From a virus: a stretch of DNA of 10,923 bases. Position 1 is the stretch's first letter. The number at the start of each line of letters is the position of its first letter. Location: the IMG/VR virus record IMGVR_UViG_3300036772_000425, positions 1 to 10,923 of that record. One strand, given 5' to 3'. Position numbers and translations under genes: made by a program. Below the pieces are notes generated by a model. That model was not told the origin of the DNA. It saw nothing but the letters and a program-made list of their open reading frames with translations, and did no database searches. Below, piece after piece: positions 1 to 8,548 of the stretch.

Positions 1-771
1 CTCCACCTCTGTCAACGAAGGGCTGATCCGCTGCATCGCCGACTGTTTCAGCGTCTTGCTGTACTGGTGCATGTTGACCAGATCATGTGCGTTCGTGGAG
101 CTGGGATCCTTGATGGTCCTGTCGACCAGGTCATGCATGAACTTCGTGTTGATCTGAGTGTTCGTTGTGACATGCTTCAAACGCTTGAAGTACTCATTGA
201 GAACACGTGTGCTGGCCTTCGGTTCTGTCAGCCCCTGTTTTTTGGGCCGGGTCGCGGCGGACGATGCGGGCACGTAGAAGGTGGATCCGTGGGCAAGGTC
301 AGGCAGCGTCATAGACCGGAAGATCCAGTGAGGCTTGATGTGCGGCGGCAGCAGCGGGATGAACCGTTGAGCTGCCTTGTAGTGGCTGACATGCTGGTCA
401 TGTTCTTCCTCGAGCGAAGCATGCACGATCGATCCGGAGACCATCTCATGGATCTTCTTGTCGATGTGGCCGTCATGGAAGTGGACCGCGGCGAAACTGT
501 TGGACGCGAAATCATCCTCAGTGACAACCTTGTCGATGTTGTCCAGGATCAACGAACCGTTCTGCTCTCCGGTGTTCTTCAAGGAATTGGCGCGGGCAGC
601 GACCTCGCTGACCGTGCCGCCAACATCCGCGAGCTTGGGTCGATGCCATCTGAACTCGACGAACCTGGGCACGCGGGTCACAGACCACTGGATGAAACCT
701 GAGTCTATCTCGTCAGAGCCTTTCGCAAGGACGTTGGAGGGTACACCCCCGGTCTCATTGACACTTTCATC
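1..771 (-). CDS. Hypothetical protein, partial (C-terminus lies beyond window start). I translated 257 codons by hand from ATG at 771..769: MESVMETGGVPSNVLAKGSDEIDSGFIQWSVTRVPRFVEFRWHRPK...VHFHDGHIDKKIHEMVSGSIVHASLEEEHDQHVSHY...TEVE. Contains a His-rich cluster (HFHDGH, EEHDQH) that may bind metal.
   Basis: Minus-strand codons beginning at positions congruent to 1 mod 3 contain no stop from 870 down to position 1; the nearest upstream stop is 871-873. The first ATG in that frame is the reverse complement of 769-771. Codon usage (ATC, AAG, GAC, TTC, CAG, AAC) matches the other minus-strand genes. The opposing plus ORF 67..702 has antisense-shadow composition. The ORF track omits this frame because there is no in-window stop. 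Confidence 0.6.
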
Positions 772-863
772 CGGGACAAAGAAGTTGTAGAAGTACTTTG
801 ACTCGAAGTTCTTGACCTCCGGGATGTCGATCAGGTAGACCGGCCGCGACGGTTGTGAAACGC
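772..863 (-). promoter_or_regulatory. 92-nt intergenic region between the 1392-aa gene and the downstream partial gene; possible module boundary, promoter or attenuator. Contains CAAAGTAC about 29 nt upstream of ATG and a weak ACCG/CGGT hairpin at 841-856
   Basis: Largest non-coding gap in the window. Shares CAAAGTAY with 8513-8548. No convincing intrinsic terminator: short stem and no U-tract. Confidence 0.2.
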
Positions 864-3800
864 TCACAGATCATCCTCCAAGGTTTCGATTGTGATGAAG
901 TACTTGTCGGTGATCAGATCACCCTGGCTCTTGTCTCGATCTCGGTACCTGAACGCATGCACATCATCGGGCGGTTGTGACTTGATGAAACCCCGGCCGA
1001 GGTTCGGATTGACTGTCAAGGCAAGCAGCGACAGGCCGGCAGAAAGCGCTCGAAGCGTCGGAGCATCGTGTTCGGATGAAACGATGTCGCCCGTCTCCAG
1101 CAGCTGCCTCAACGCGTTCCTACCGTGCGGTGTTGCGTTCGTTTTCTTGGCATTGACCAGGAAGTCCCTCGGATCCACGATCACATTGAACACCCTGTCA
1201 AAGCACTTGGGTGACAGCACCTTGTGGTTCAAAGCCTTGACCTGCGAGAAAGATGTCATGGTACGTGACAGCGATGAAATTGCATGCAACGATGTCATGA
1301 TCAGATCGGTGTGTCGGGCGCTCAAGGATGACAGCGTCAATTTCGCTGGGTCGATCGCGAGCAGCTGATCAGCGCTCTTCTGGGAGGGCACACTGGGCTG
1401 CACCGATCTGAATTCAGAGGCCGGCGATACGTAACCGGCAACACCGGCAGGGTTGCTCATCACGGGATCTATGATGCCGCGCGAACCACGTGCGTTGGTG
1501 ACACCAGTTGAACGTCGGGTTGATGTTCCTGAGAACAGGACGCCTCCCGTGGGGGAATCGGCATTGACAGTACGAGGAACCTTCAGGAGATCTCCCATGT
1601 GTGAGATCGCATGATCCAGAAGCAACTTGACCTCCGCCGATTCCAGCTGCGGGGGCGGAGGTGTGAAATGGTACTCGTGCTCGGCTACGTTGATCCCGGT
1701 CATCAGCTTGATGTACGCCTCCAACAACTGGCTGACGACCTGGTTGTGCAGGATCTCTGTTCGTTGCTGCGGGCTCAGGAAATCGTACCCTCCTCCCTCG
1801 AACGCTCCTCTGGCTCCTTTGATCCCATCTGACCCTGCGATGGCCGTCGATGCATACTCCACTCCGGATGCGATGCTGTTCGAAGTGCCCTTGTTCGGAT
1901 CCTGCGTAAAATTCTGCGTCGGGATCGCAGAGACGATGTCATGAAGGGCTGGGTTCTCAGGCAGGGGCAGCCAGTGTGCTGTGGTGAAACGGGTGGGGAA
2001 CCTGGACAGTTCGAACAGGTACTTCACCGGACGGTAGACAATGTCCGGATGCTGGATGTCCAGCTTGTACACGCAAATCCTGACGATGTCAGAACGCTTG
2101 TCCTCGAACGAAGCCTTCTTCTGATCCTTCAGGGTGACCTTCTGCTTGAGGTTCCGGGTGAAACCTTGGGGGATTCCGACAGTCAGGATCCTCTTGTTCC
2201 TGCCATGGATCCCCGCGAACTCGCCTGTGCCGAAGTACCCCATGATCGCCTTGAGCATCTCCGGAGGTACCTCAGATTCATCCAAAATGGCTGTCTCCCG
2301 ATTGGTGGGCCGACCGGTGGCATTGTACGATCGCCTTTGGGTTCCAACTCCCTTCTGATCCTTGTTTCGTGCATGGGCCGTGAGGAGGCTCTCTACAGTG
2401 GATGCCAACAGCATGATCTGCTGTTCGCTGAATAGCATCTTGATCAGCTCTGCATTGTTGTTCAAGGTGCTCGAGATCTGGTGCAGCTTGTCGAGAGAGT
2501 CCTTGCTGTTGAGGTAGTTGCTGATCCCGAGCAAGGATCCGCTCAATTTCCTCATGGCATTGAGCGTTGTCAGCAGCAGCTGGCGGGTCAAGTATCCCTC
2601 TGCAGACAATCGTTGGATGAGCTCGTTGAATGAAGTGAGATGATTGCTACTGTTACGTGAGACCACGTAGGTTGTCTGTCCGGTAGAAAAGGTGGTCAAC
2701 CCCTTGTGCACCCCGACCAGGTCTTGGTTGCTGTACCTGCTGATGATCGATATCGCAAGGTCGAAAGCGACCATGGCAACGACCGTGTCCTGGGCTCCCC
2801 TGTACCGGGTCAGGTTCCCGCTCAGTGCCTGGGATCGGTTCCGGAACCAGTTCAGAACATCGCTCATGAACCCCTCGACCAGGGTGGTCATCCGGGTACC
2901 AGACTTCAACGCATGCTTGATGCTGTCGTTGGTCAATGAGGCGGTGTTCAGCAGCGGATCTAGCGGATCGTTCACCAACTGCACCACTGTCGGTGACTCC
3001 GGCACCGTGGACTCAAGCAGGTTGACAAGCTGATCGATCAGCTTGTCGACGATGGGGGTGTTGTCTGACCCCGGTGAGGCTGAAAAGAACGGCACGTTGT
3101 TCTTGTAGGTCCGTGCCAACCGGTTCATGGTGTACAGGAAGAGGATGGTTTTGACCTGTGGGTGGGTCCTGGCGTGAGCGTACACAGCCCCCAACCTATC
3201 GTTGATTGCGATGGTGCGGGCCTCACCGTTCCGTGGATTGATCAGTTGATCAACGAGCTGGTGCACCGTGTCGGTGCTGTTTTCCAGGAAAGAAACGTCC
3301 AACATCAGCGGAATGTCCAATCCGAACATGTGCATCACTGTCTGGGACGGGATCGCCATCAGGTTCAACGAATCACAGATCACAGAGAGGTTATCAGCCT
3401 GGTTCTGCAACCTCTTGCTCAGGTTGTCGATGGCCTGGGTGTCGAACTTGGAACCATCGGTGTTCAAAATCCTGTCGAAGTAGAAGTCGGACCCGGGCGT
3501 CAGGGTTCCGTTGTCACCCTCCACGAACTTTGACTCAAACGTAAGGATCCCAGCGTTCTCCACCCGTTCCTGGCCGACGCTCGCCACGGAACGCAGGTTC
3601 GCTGATGGAAAATCTGAGATGTTGTTGACCAGGCTGCCCATCACGGAATTGAACAGGCCCATGTTACGTGTTGGGGTGACCTGGTACCCGTAGAACGATG
3701 ACAACCTTCGCTGCAAAGCAGGGTCAGCAAGGCCGTTCGAGTAGCGGAATTCCCGGGTCAGCAGGTGGGCGAGGGCAGCGATCTTGGTCTCTTCATTCTT

Positions 3801-5042
3801 GAAGAAAACATCCTGGTAGATCTTGCCGAATGCTGTGGACAGGGTCTGGACGGCCTTTGCGGAACCTGCGGGTTGCAGTTTCACGAGGTCCTCCAGCGAC
3901 ATGACCTGTGGCAGGTCTGTGATGAAATCGAACCTTTTGGTGGGCGGGTTGAGGATGGTGGATGGGTTCTGATCCTTCTTCTGTTGGGTTGGATCGATGT
4001 CAAGCAACCGGTACGAATGGTGCTGGAGGATGTGCCTGAGATCGGTCACGGTCTGCAGCCAGATCTTTGTCGATGAGAAGAATTTTCGGGCCAGATTCTC
4101 CTTGTACCCGAGGTCCGTCAAACAATCCACAAAGTTGTATTTCGGCCGTGGAGCGCGCTGGACGAGCAATGATAGGATGTGAGGTGCAAGTTCGGGCGCC
4201 ATGTAGGGCCGTTGTTGGGCAAAGTTCTGCAGGAAGAAGGTGGCAACCTCTGTCGGATCGACCTCGTAGAGGTCGTGCCGCAGGTCGAGCTGGCTCTTCT
4301 GGCTCTCAACGAGCCGCACCAGGTTCAACATGAAGCCCGCGTCGTCCTTCAGGCTGAAGATTGCACGTGTGAAATTGTCCTCACGTAGACGCAGGTGCTG
4401 CTCCACCTGGGCGTACCTGGTTCGAACGGACTCAATGCTCCGATGGATGTTGAATGCATTCAGGTTCCGCATGTGGAACTGAGCATCAATGTACCTGCCT
4501 GCATCGGTGATGAAATGCGACAGGCCTGCCGCCTCAAATGCTTCGATGTAGGCTGGGACGGTGCTGCTGGTGGCCCTATCGTAGAGGGGCAGGAACTCCG
4601 TCATCATCACAATCTCAGGACGTTCGTGAGTGATCCCAGTCAGGTTCGTGTACACCTGGAACTTCGTTGCAGTGGACGCTAGGTTCTGAAGCAACCTTGG
4701 GTCCAAGGTTTTCCCAGAATCACGGGCAAGCGGGTAGGTGGGGATGATGTTGCCGCCTGCAGACCGTTGCGGGATGATCATCCCTGATTCGCTGGTCAAT
4801 CCGTCAGCGATCTGTTCCAACGTGGGTTCAGCGGTCACGTTCAAACCGCCGCTGTCGGTGGAGATGACCGGATGGGGCAGCTGCACCTGGTGCGCTGTGG
4901 GCACCGACGTGGACAGGGTGTGGGTGGTCTGCGATGTTTGCTGCTTTGCGGCAGCCTGCAGGTTATCATCCGGTGACAACGGTTGAGTATTGACAGCTAC
5001 GTTCGCGAATGAACCGTTGTTGGACCGCAGGGTCTTGATCAT
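864..5042 (-). CDS. Hypothetical giant protein (1392 aa), N/Q/S/T/D-rich, with no recognisable catalytic motif; candidate large virion, internal or tail-associated protein
   Basis: Uninterrupted 4.2-kb ORF. Start ATG at 5042..5040 overlaps the TGA stop of the upstream 820-aa gene as ATGA. Strong C/G-ending codon bias consistent with neighbouring genes. Weak GGTGGAAG purine-rich stretch 4-12 nt upstream of the start. All plus-strand ORFs inside it are short and R/D/V/L-rich. Confidence 0.85.
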   Translation of the reverse strand: MIKTLRSNNGSFANVAVNTQPLSPDDNLQAAAKQQTSQTTHTLSTSVPTAHQVQLPHPVISTDSGGLNVTAEPTLEQIADGLTSESGMIIPQRSAGGNIIPTYPLARDSGKTLDPRLLQNLASTATKFQVYTNLTGITHERPEIVMMTEFLPLYDRATSSTVPAYIEAFEAAGLSHFITDAGRYIDAQFHMRNLNAFNIHRSIESVRTRYAQVEQHLRLREDNFTRAIFSLKDDAGFMLNLVRLVESQKSQLDLRHDLYEVDPTEVATFFLQNFAQQRPYMAPELAPHILSLLVQRAPRPKYNFVDCLTDLGYKENLARKFFSSTKIWLQTVTDLRHILQHHSYRLLDIDPTQQKKDQNPSTILNPPTKRFDFITDLPQVMSLEDLVKLQPAGSAKAVQTLSTAFGKIYQDVFFKNEETKIAALAHLLTREFRYSNGLADPALQRRLSSFYGYQVTPTRNMGLFNSVMGSLVNNISDFPSANLRSVASVGQERVENAGILTFESKFVEGDNGTLTPGSDFYFDRILNTDGSKFDTQAIDNLSKRLQNQADNLSVICDSLNLMAIPSQTVMHMFGLDIPLMLDVSFLENSTDTVHQLVDQLINPRNGEARTIAINDRLGAVYAHARTHPQVKTILFLYTMNRLARTYKNNVPFFSASPGSDNTPIVDKLIDQLVNLLESTVPESPTVVQLVNDPLDPLLNTASLTNDSIKHALKSGTRMTTLVEGFMSDVLNWFRNRSQALSGNLTRYRGAQDTVVAMVAFDLAISIISRYSNQDLVGVHKGLTTFSTGQTTYVVSRNSSNHLTSFNELIQRLSAEGYLTRQLLLTTLNAMRKLSGSLLGISNYLNSKDSLDKLHQISSTLNNNAELIKMLFSEQQIMLLASTVESLLTAHARNKDQKGVGTQRRSYNATGRPTNRETAILDESEVPPEMLKAIMGYFGTGEFAGIHGRNKRILTVGIPQGFTRNLKQKVTLKDQKKASFEDKRSDIVRICVYKLDIQHPDIVYRPVKYLFELSRFPTRFTTAHWLPLPENPALHDIVSAIPTQNFTQDPNKGTSNSIASGVEYASTAIAGSDGIKGARGAFEGGGYDFLSPQQRTEILHNQVVSQLLEAYIKLMTGINVAEHEYHFTPPPPQLESAEVKLLLDHAISHMGDLLKVPRTVNADSPTGGVLFSGTSTRRSTGVTNARGSRGIIDPVMSNPAGVAGYVSPASEFRSVQPSVPSQKSADQLLAIDPAKLTLSSLSARHTDLIMTSLHAISSLSRTMTSFSQVKALNHKVLSPKCFDRVFNVIVDPRDFLVNAKKTNATPHGRNALRQLLETGDIVSSEHDAPTLRALSAGLSLLALTVNPNLGRGFIKSQPPDDVHAFRYRDRDKSQGDLITDKYFITIETLEDDL

Positions 5043-7501
5043 GGAGCTTCCACCACTAGGGTATTGGTGACGGTGGGGGAGCCCACCTTGTAATCGCTGT
5101 AGATCGGAACGATGACGAACTGCAGCGCTCCCACGTCAGACGAAGTGATCTTGTGAATGTACTGGCAACTACCGTTGGTGAATTCCGAATGAGCCTTGCC
5201 GATCGCTGTCCTGATCCCATGAACCTGCTTCATGATCAGGAAATGATCGACCTGGGTGATGTCACCCGTCAAACGCCAGGTCACGAGGTTCAACTGCCTG
5301 TCGAAGTTGGCGGCGACGGCCTCGGTGATCGTTGCCGTCTCTTGGTCGAATGAGACCTCCGTGGAGGTGATGGATCCGATCACTCCGTGGGCCATCGGAT
5401 CCTTGGCATACCGCAGCACGGCACCCTTTGAGGTGACAATGACCCCTTTGTTCAAGGTGAGTGGATGCAGGAATTTTGCAGGTGAGAAGGTATATACCTT
5501 CTTGGTGATTGGGTCGGTTGCAGTTTTGACGAATGAATCAAAGAGCGTTTCGGGTTGGCGCAGCAGCGGATAGATCACGTACCTGTACCGATGACCGTAC
5601 TGGAGTGCTGCGATGGACTGGTTCTTCCGCAGTGATTCATCATCGAAGTTGGGGACAGTGATCGTCCCAAAGTTCTCAAGGAGACCCGTGTTCAGGTCGA
5701 TCCGATGGATTTGGTGCGCGATCAACCTGGTCAGCTGGTCACGTTGGGCCTCAATGTCACCGGTGAAGTACGAACTGAGACCTTGATTGTCAAGCATCTG
5801 CTTGAAAGCGTCCAGATCAGTTCCGACAACCGTTGTCGTGACGGTGAAAGAAACGTTCGGAGTGGTGTCAGTCACCACCTTCAGATCCGTGATCTCTGTG
5901 TCCACCTCTCCGGGCGATGGGTTGACGAACTCGATGGTCGCTGCGCCGGCTGGGTTCACGTCACCGTCGATGTAGATGAGTTCGACGGTGTACTGGTACA
6001 CGTGGTCGTACGTAACATCAGTGTCGATGAGGACGAGCAGGTCAGCCTCCCTGGTGGCATCATCTATGAAACCAACATCATCTCCCACCGTCTCAGGATC
6101 CGACTCAAAGATTGATAGGTCAACCCTCAGGAATCTGACAGCAACCACGTTGGTTGGGAACTGCCTCACCTCGAGCTGGATGCCCGTGTCGACCTGTAGG
6201 GCGGTCAAGGAGATGGATTTCACGGGCGTGTAATGCGCAGGTTTCACCACGACGTTGGTGTACTCGAACCCCTGCAGCGATTGTGAACCTTTCGGTATCA
6301 CCCGGTACAGAGCCGGAGACGAGGTGGGTCGATCGACCTGCACCAGCAACGATTGATCCATGGTCGTCAACGGGTACGTACCGATCAACGTGTAGTCATC
6401 CACCTCTGGTGTAGAGATCCAGAATGATTTCTTGTACACGTCGACGGTCGTTGCGCCGGGATCCAGCTGTTTCACCTCCAGGTTCACCTTCGAGGAAACC
6501 TCGGATGCCGACAACTTGACAGTCGGCGGTACCTTCGGAGTCCTGTACACCTGGACATGCTGAGTGATGTCCAACAGTTTCGTGGCAGAATCGATCGCCA
6601 TTCCGCTGTCTGGATCCAGCAGCTCAAAGACAACCTGAACCTGCGTGAGGGGAGCGCCCTCGAGGTTCAGTTTCCCGACCGGGATTCCCAACGGCACCAC
6701 GATCTCGATCTGATCGTCAGGGGTCGACGTCAGGATCTGGACCAGCTCTGTGTCCACCAGGTTGTCGGTGGTCGTGGGGGGAGCAAGAGACGACGGCGGG
6801 AAGAGATGGTAGTTCAGGAGGCGCGGCGCAGGGTCTGTCTTCGTCTCTTGCGCGCGTTGTGTGTTCGACAGGCCACCGTGTGTGGCAGCTTCAGGGGAAG
6901 CGCGGGGGGTCAGGTTCAGTATCTGGCTGGGATCTTGGCCCTGTTGGACGATCATCCTGTGCATCAGGGTCGTGGGCTCCTCGATCAGAGAGGCTGAGAG
7001 CAGGCCTTGGATGTCGGGAACAATGACAGTGTGCAGGATAGGTTGAGGGTCGTTCGCCTGCTTGGTCTGCAGGGCGGAGCTCAACGTCAGCTTGGGTCGA
7101 TTCAGGCTTGGAATCTCTGAGACAGGCGCCTGAGCCAGCAACTGCGGAACGATCTGATTGTTGATCTTGGAGGAGATGTCGCTGAGCTTGGACGCAAGCA
7201 CGTAAACTGTCTGCTGATCGACTGTTGTCTTCGCATCGGTCACCATGGTGAGCACATTGTCCACGATGGACTGTGCATCTACGTAGCCCTTGGTGCTCTG
7301 CTGCAGCACGTTCTTCCGAGCAACTGTCCTTGCCACGATCTTTGTGTTGACCTTCAGGGCACGGTACGAGACCACCTGCTTCTGAGAAACCGAGTACGTG
7401 AACCGGAAGTGCAGGTTGCCAAGCTCGTCGATCAGCCTGAGATGCGCAAAATTGTCCTCCACGACGAGGATCTGGGCCTTGTTCTGGTACCTGAAGTACA
7501 T
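5039..7501 (-). CDS. Hypothetical protein (820 aa). N-terminal roughly 190-aa region, then a Pro/Thr-rich linker (…PAPRLLNYHLFPPSSLAPPTTTDN…), then a long V/T/D-rich, probably beta-rich C-terminal region; candidate fibre, tail-tube or baseplate-type structural protein
   Basis: 2.46-kb ORF. Start ATG at 7501 lies only 3 nt after the TAA stop (7505-7507) of the upstream gene, on the minus strand TAAAGCATG. Its TGA stop is embedded in the ATGA overlap with the 1392-aa gene. Same codon bias as neighbours. Confidence 0.85.
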   Translation of the reverse strand: MYFRYQNKAQILVVEDNFAHLRLIDELGNLHFRFTYSVSQKQVVSYRALKVNTKIVARTVARKNVLQQSTKGYVDAQSIVDNVLTMVTDAKTTVDQQTVYVLASKLSDISSKINNQIVPQLLAQAPVSEIPSLNRPKLTLSSALQTKQANDPQPILHTVIVPDIQGLLSASLIEEPTTLMHRMIVQQGQDPSQILNLTPRASPEAATHGGLSNTQRAQETKTDPAPRLLNYHLFPPSSLAPPTTTDNLVDTELVQILTSTPDDQIEIVVPLGIPVGKLNLEGAPLTQVQVVFELLDPDSGMAIDSATKLLDITQHVQVYRTPKVPPTVKLSASEVSSKVNLEVKQLDPGATTVDVYKKSFWISTPEVDDYTLIGTYPLTTMDQSLLVQVDRPTSSPALYRVIPKGSQSLQGFEYTNVVVKPAHYTPVKSISLTALQVDTGIQLEVRQFPTNVVAVRFLRVDLSIFESDPETVGDDVGFIDDATREADLLVLIDTDVTYDHVYQYTVELIYIDGDVNPAGAATIEFVNPSPGEVDTEITDLKVVTDTTPNVSFTVTTTVVGTDLDAFKQMLDNQGLSSYFTGDIEAQRDQLTRLIAHQIHRIDLNTGLLENFGTITVPNFDDESLRKNQSIAALQYGHRYRYVIYPLLRQPETLFDSFVKTATDPITKKVYTFSPAKFLHPLTLNKGVIVTSKGAVLRYAKDPMAHGVIGSITSTEVSFDQETATITEAVAANFDRQLNLVTWRLTGDITQVDHFLIMKQVHGIRTAIGKAHSEFTNGSCQYIHKITSSDVGALQFVIVPIYSDYKVGSPTVTNTLVVEAP

Positions 7502-7504
7502 GCT

Positions 7505-8512
7505 TTACTCGAACACGAGGGTGAACAGGTGCAGGAAGGTGTCAGTGCCCTTTTCGTCGACCTCAACCTTGCCGACAAAGAAGATGTCAGCGATTGGCGC
7601 TGCATCGTTCCCAGTGTGGAAATTCCCGAAATGGACAACGTCCAGCTTCTTCAGGCCGTTGGCCGTCCGTTCGAAGAACTGGCCGACCAGCTGGTTGTCA
7701 CGTGAACTTGGATCAAAGTTGATCACCCGTTCGTACCCCATCATGGAGTAGTGAGCCAGTTCCGCCATCGTCTGTTTGTACGTCAACCCGAACACCTGCG
7801 TTCGACCCCACGGGAAGTACCAGCCCAGGAAGAGCTTGCTGAACTCGCGATGGTCGCTTCGATCCAGTGAAGTATCGTTCGTCTTGTTGATCGGGGGCAG
7901 GAACTTGAAGTTGGGGCGCGTGCTGAACCGAGGATCGCTGAAGATGCTATCGAGCGCGCTGACATGGGTGGTCTGCTGCTCGGCTCCGGCAATGGGACGG
8001 TTGTCATGGATGGCGAACGTCACATCGTTGGGCCCAAGGGCGAAACCATCATCATCGAAGATGGTGTCACGCGTTGCGATCAGCATCATCCGCTTGAAGT
8101 TCTTCAACGAAGAGCTCAGCAGGAGCTCCGCACCGTCCTCGAAGGCCGCTCCTTGAAGCGTGATGACATCCTGAGAAAACCCGACAAAGGTTGAACCGGA
8201 TACAGCATTGAACGAGTAGTCCAATATCCTGCCACCCGCGGTGGGTACGTCGTCGGAGCTGCGGAAAGGTTGCAGGTTCCCATCATCGTCAGCCCTGAAG
8301 ACGATGTCGTCCTGCGGCAGCTGGCACGATTCCAGGTACAGACGTTTCGTCGCGTCCTCGCTGCCGGTGTCCGCGTCCGCCCTGTAGTACGTGGCCCCGT
8401 CCGTGAAGGAAACGTACTTGATATCGACACCGCCCTCCGACAGCTGCCGGCGGCCCTCGGTGGTGATCACGGTGTCAATGATTCGGGATTTGCTGTCCAG
8501 GATCCCTGACAT
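7505..8512 (-). CDS. Hypothetical acidic protein (335 aa; D+E far exceed K+R); candidate capsid or virion component
   Basis: 1-kb ORF with the same codon bias. Preceded by the 36-nt AT-rich intergenic spacer 8513-8548 and followed by a 3-nt spacer before the next gene. Confidence 0.8.
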   Translation of the reverse strand: MSGILDSKSRIIDTVITTEGRRQLSEGGVDIKYVSFTDGATYYRADADTGSEDATKRLYLESCQLPQDDIVFRADDDGNLQPFRSSDDVPTAGGRILDYSFNAVSGSTFVGFSQDVITLQGAAFEDGAELLLSSSLKNFKRMMLIATRDTIFDDDGFALGPNDVTFAIHDNRPIAGAEQQTTHVSALDSIFSDPRFSTRPNFKFLPPINKTNDTSLDRSDHREFSKLFLGWYFPWGRTQVFGLTYKQTMAELAHYSMMGYERVINFDPSSRDNQLVGQFFERTANGLKKLDVVHFGNFHTGNDAAPIADIFFVGKVEVDEKGTDTFLHLFTLVFE

Positions 8513-8548
8513 GTCTCAAATATACTTTGGGCTCGATAACGCTGCCGT
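8513..8548 (-). promoter_or_regulatory. Candidate internal promoter, or leaderless-transcript start, for the 335-aa gene: AT-rich island …GTTATCGAGCCCAAAGTATATTTGAGAC immediately before ATG
   Basis: This is the only AT-rich stretch in a GC-rich block. TATATT ends 7 nt before the A of ATG, the geometry of a -10 element driving a leaderless mRNA. Alternatively TTAT at -27..-24 fits archaeal-type TATA spacing. The CAAAGTAY motif is shared with the other intergenic gap. Confidence 0.3.

Noticed and set aside
67-702. 211-aa plus-strand ORF and the overlapping 110-aa ORF 458..790
   Set aside because: R/D/V/L-rich antisense-shadow composition. The opposite strand carries a longer open frame with block-consistent codon usage (partial gene 1..771).
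841-856. Short palindrome ACCG…CGGT downstream of the 1392-aa gene stop, as a possible intrinsic terminator
   Set aside because: Only a roughly 4-bp stem, with no following U-tract on the coding (minus) strand.
864-5042. Possible P-loop (…LARDSGKTLD…) in the 1392-aa protein
   Set aside because: The spacing does not fit GxxxxGK[ST]: there are only three residues between A and GKT, and there is no accompanying Walker B context.
892-7046. Multiple plus-strand ORFs of 60-165 aa inside the giant genes (e.g. 892..1368, 1941..2435, 3162..3533, 5705..6115, 6557..6997)
   Set aside because: All lie antisense to the 1392- and 820-aa minus-strand ORFs, are short, and have shadow-frame composition (Arg/Asp/Val/Leu/Gly runs). 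Nothing supports nested genes.
5039-7501. GDD tripeptide (…TVGDDVGFIDD…) as a possible RNA-dependent RNA polymerase motif
   Set aside because: It sits in a beta-rich, Val/Thr-rich structural-looking region without the surrounding RdRp motifs A, B and D. Most likely coincidental.
5039-7501. Reverse-transcriptase-like YIDGD, suggesting a caulimovirus or retroelement-like polycistronic arrangement
   Set aside because: It is not a YxDD motif and no other RT or protease signatures are present. ATGA overlaps alone are not diagnostic.
7398-8512. Plus-strand ORFs 7398..7751, 7776..8156, 8270..8509 and the nested minus ORFs 7432..7638, 7783..8007, 8116..8430
   Set aside because: They overlap the 335-aa and 820-aa genes in alternative frames. 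They are short, Ser/Arg/Thr/Pro-rich and typical of out-of-frame reads of GC-rich coding DNA.
8513-8548. Full sigma70-type promoter with a -35 element (TTATCG) upstream of TATATT
   Set aside because: The spacer between the putative -35 and -10 would be only about 9 nt. Only a -10-like, leaderless-type element is defensible.
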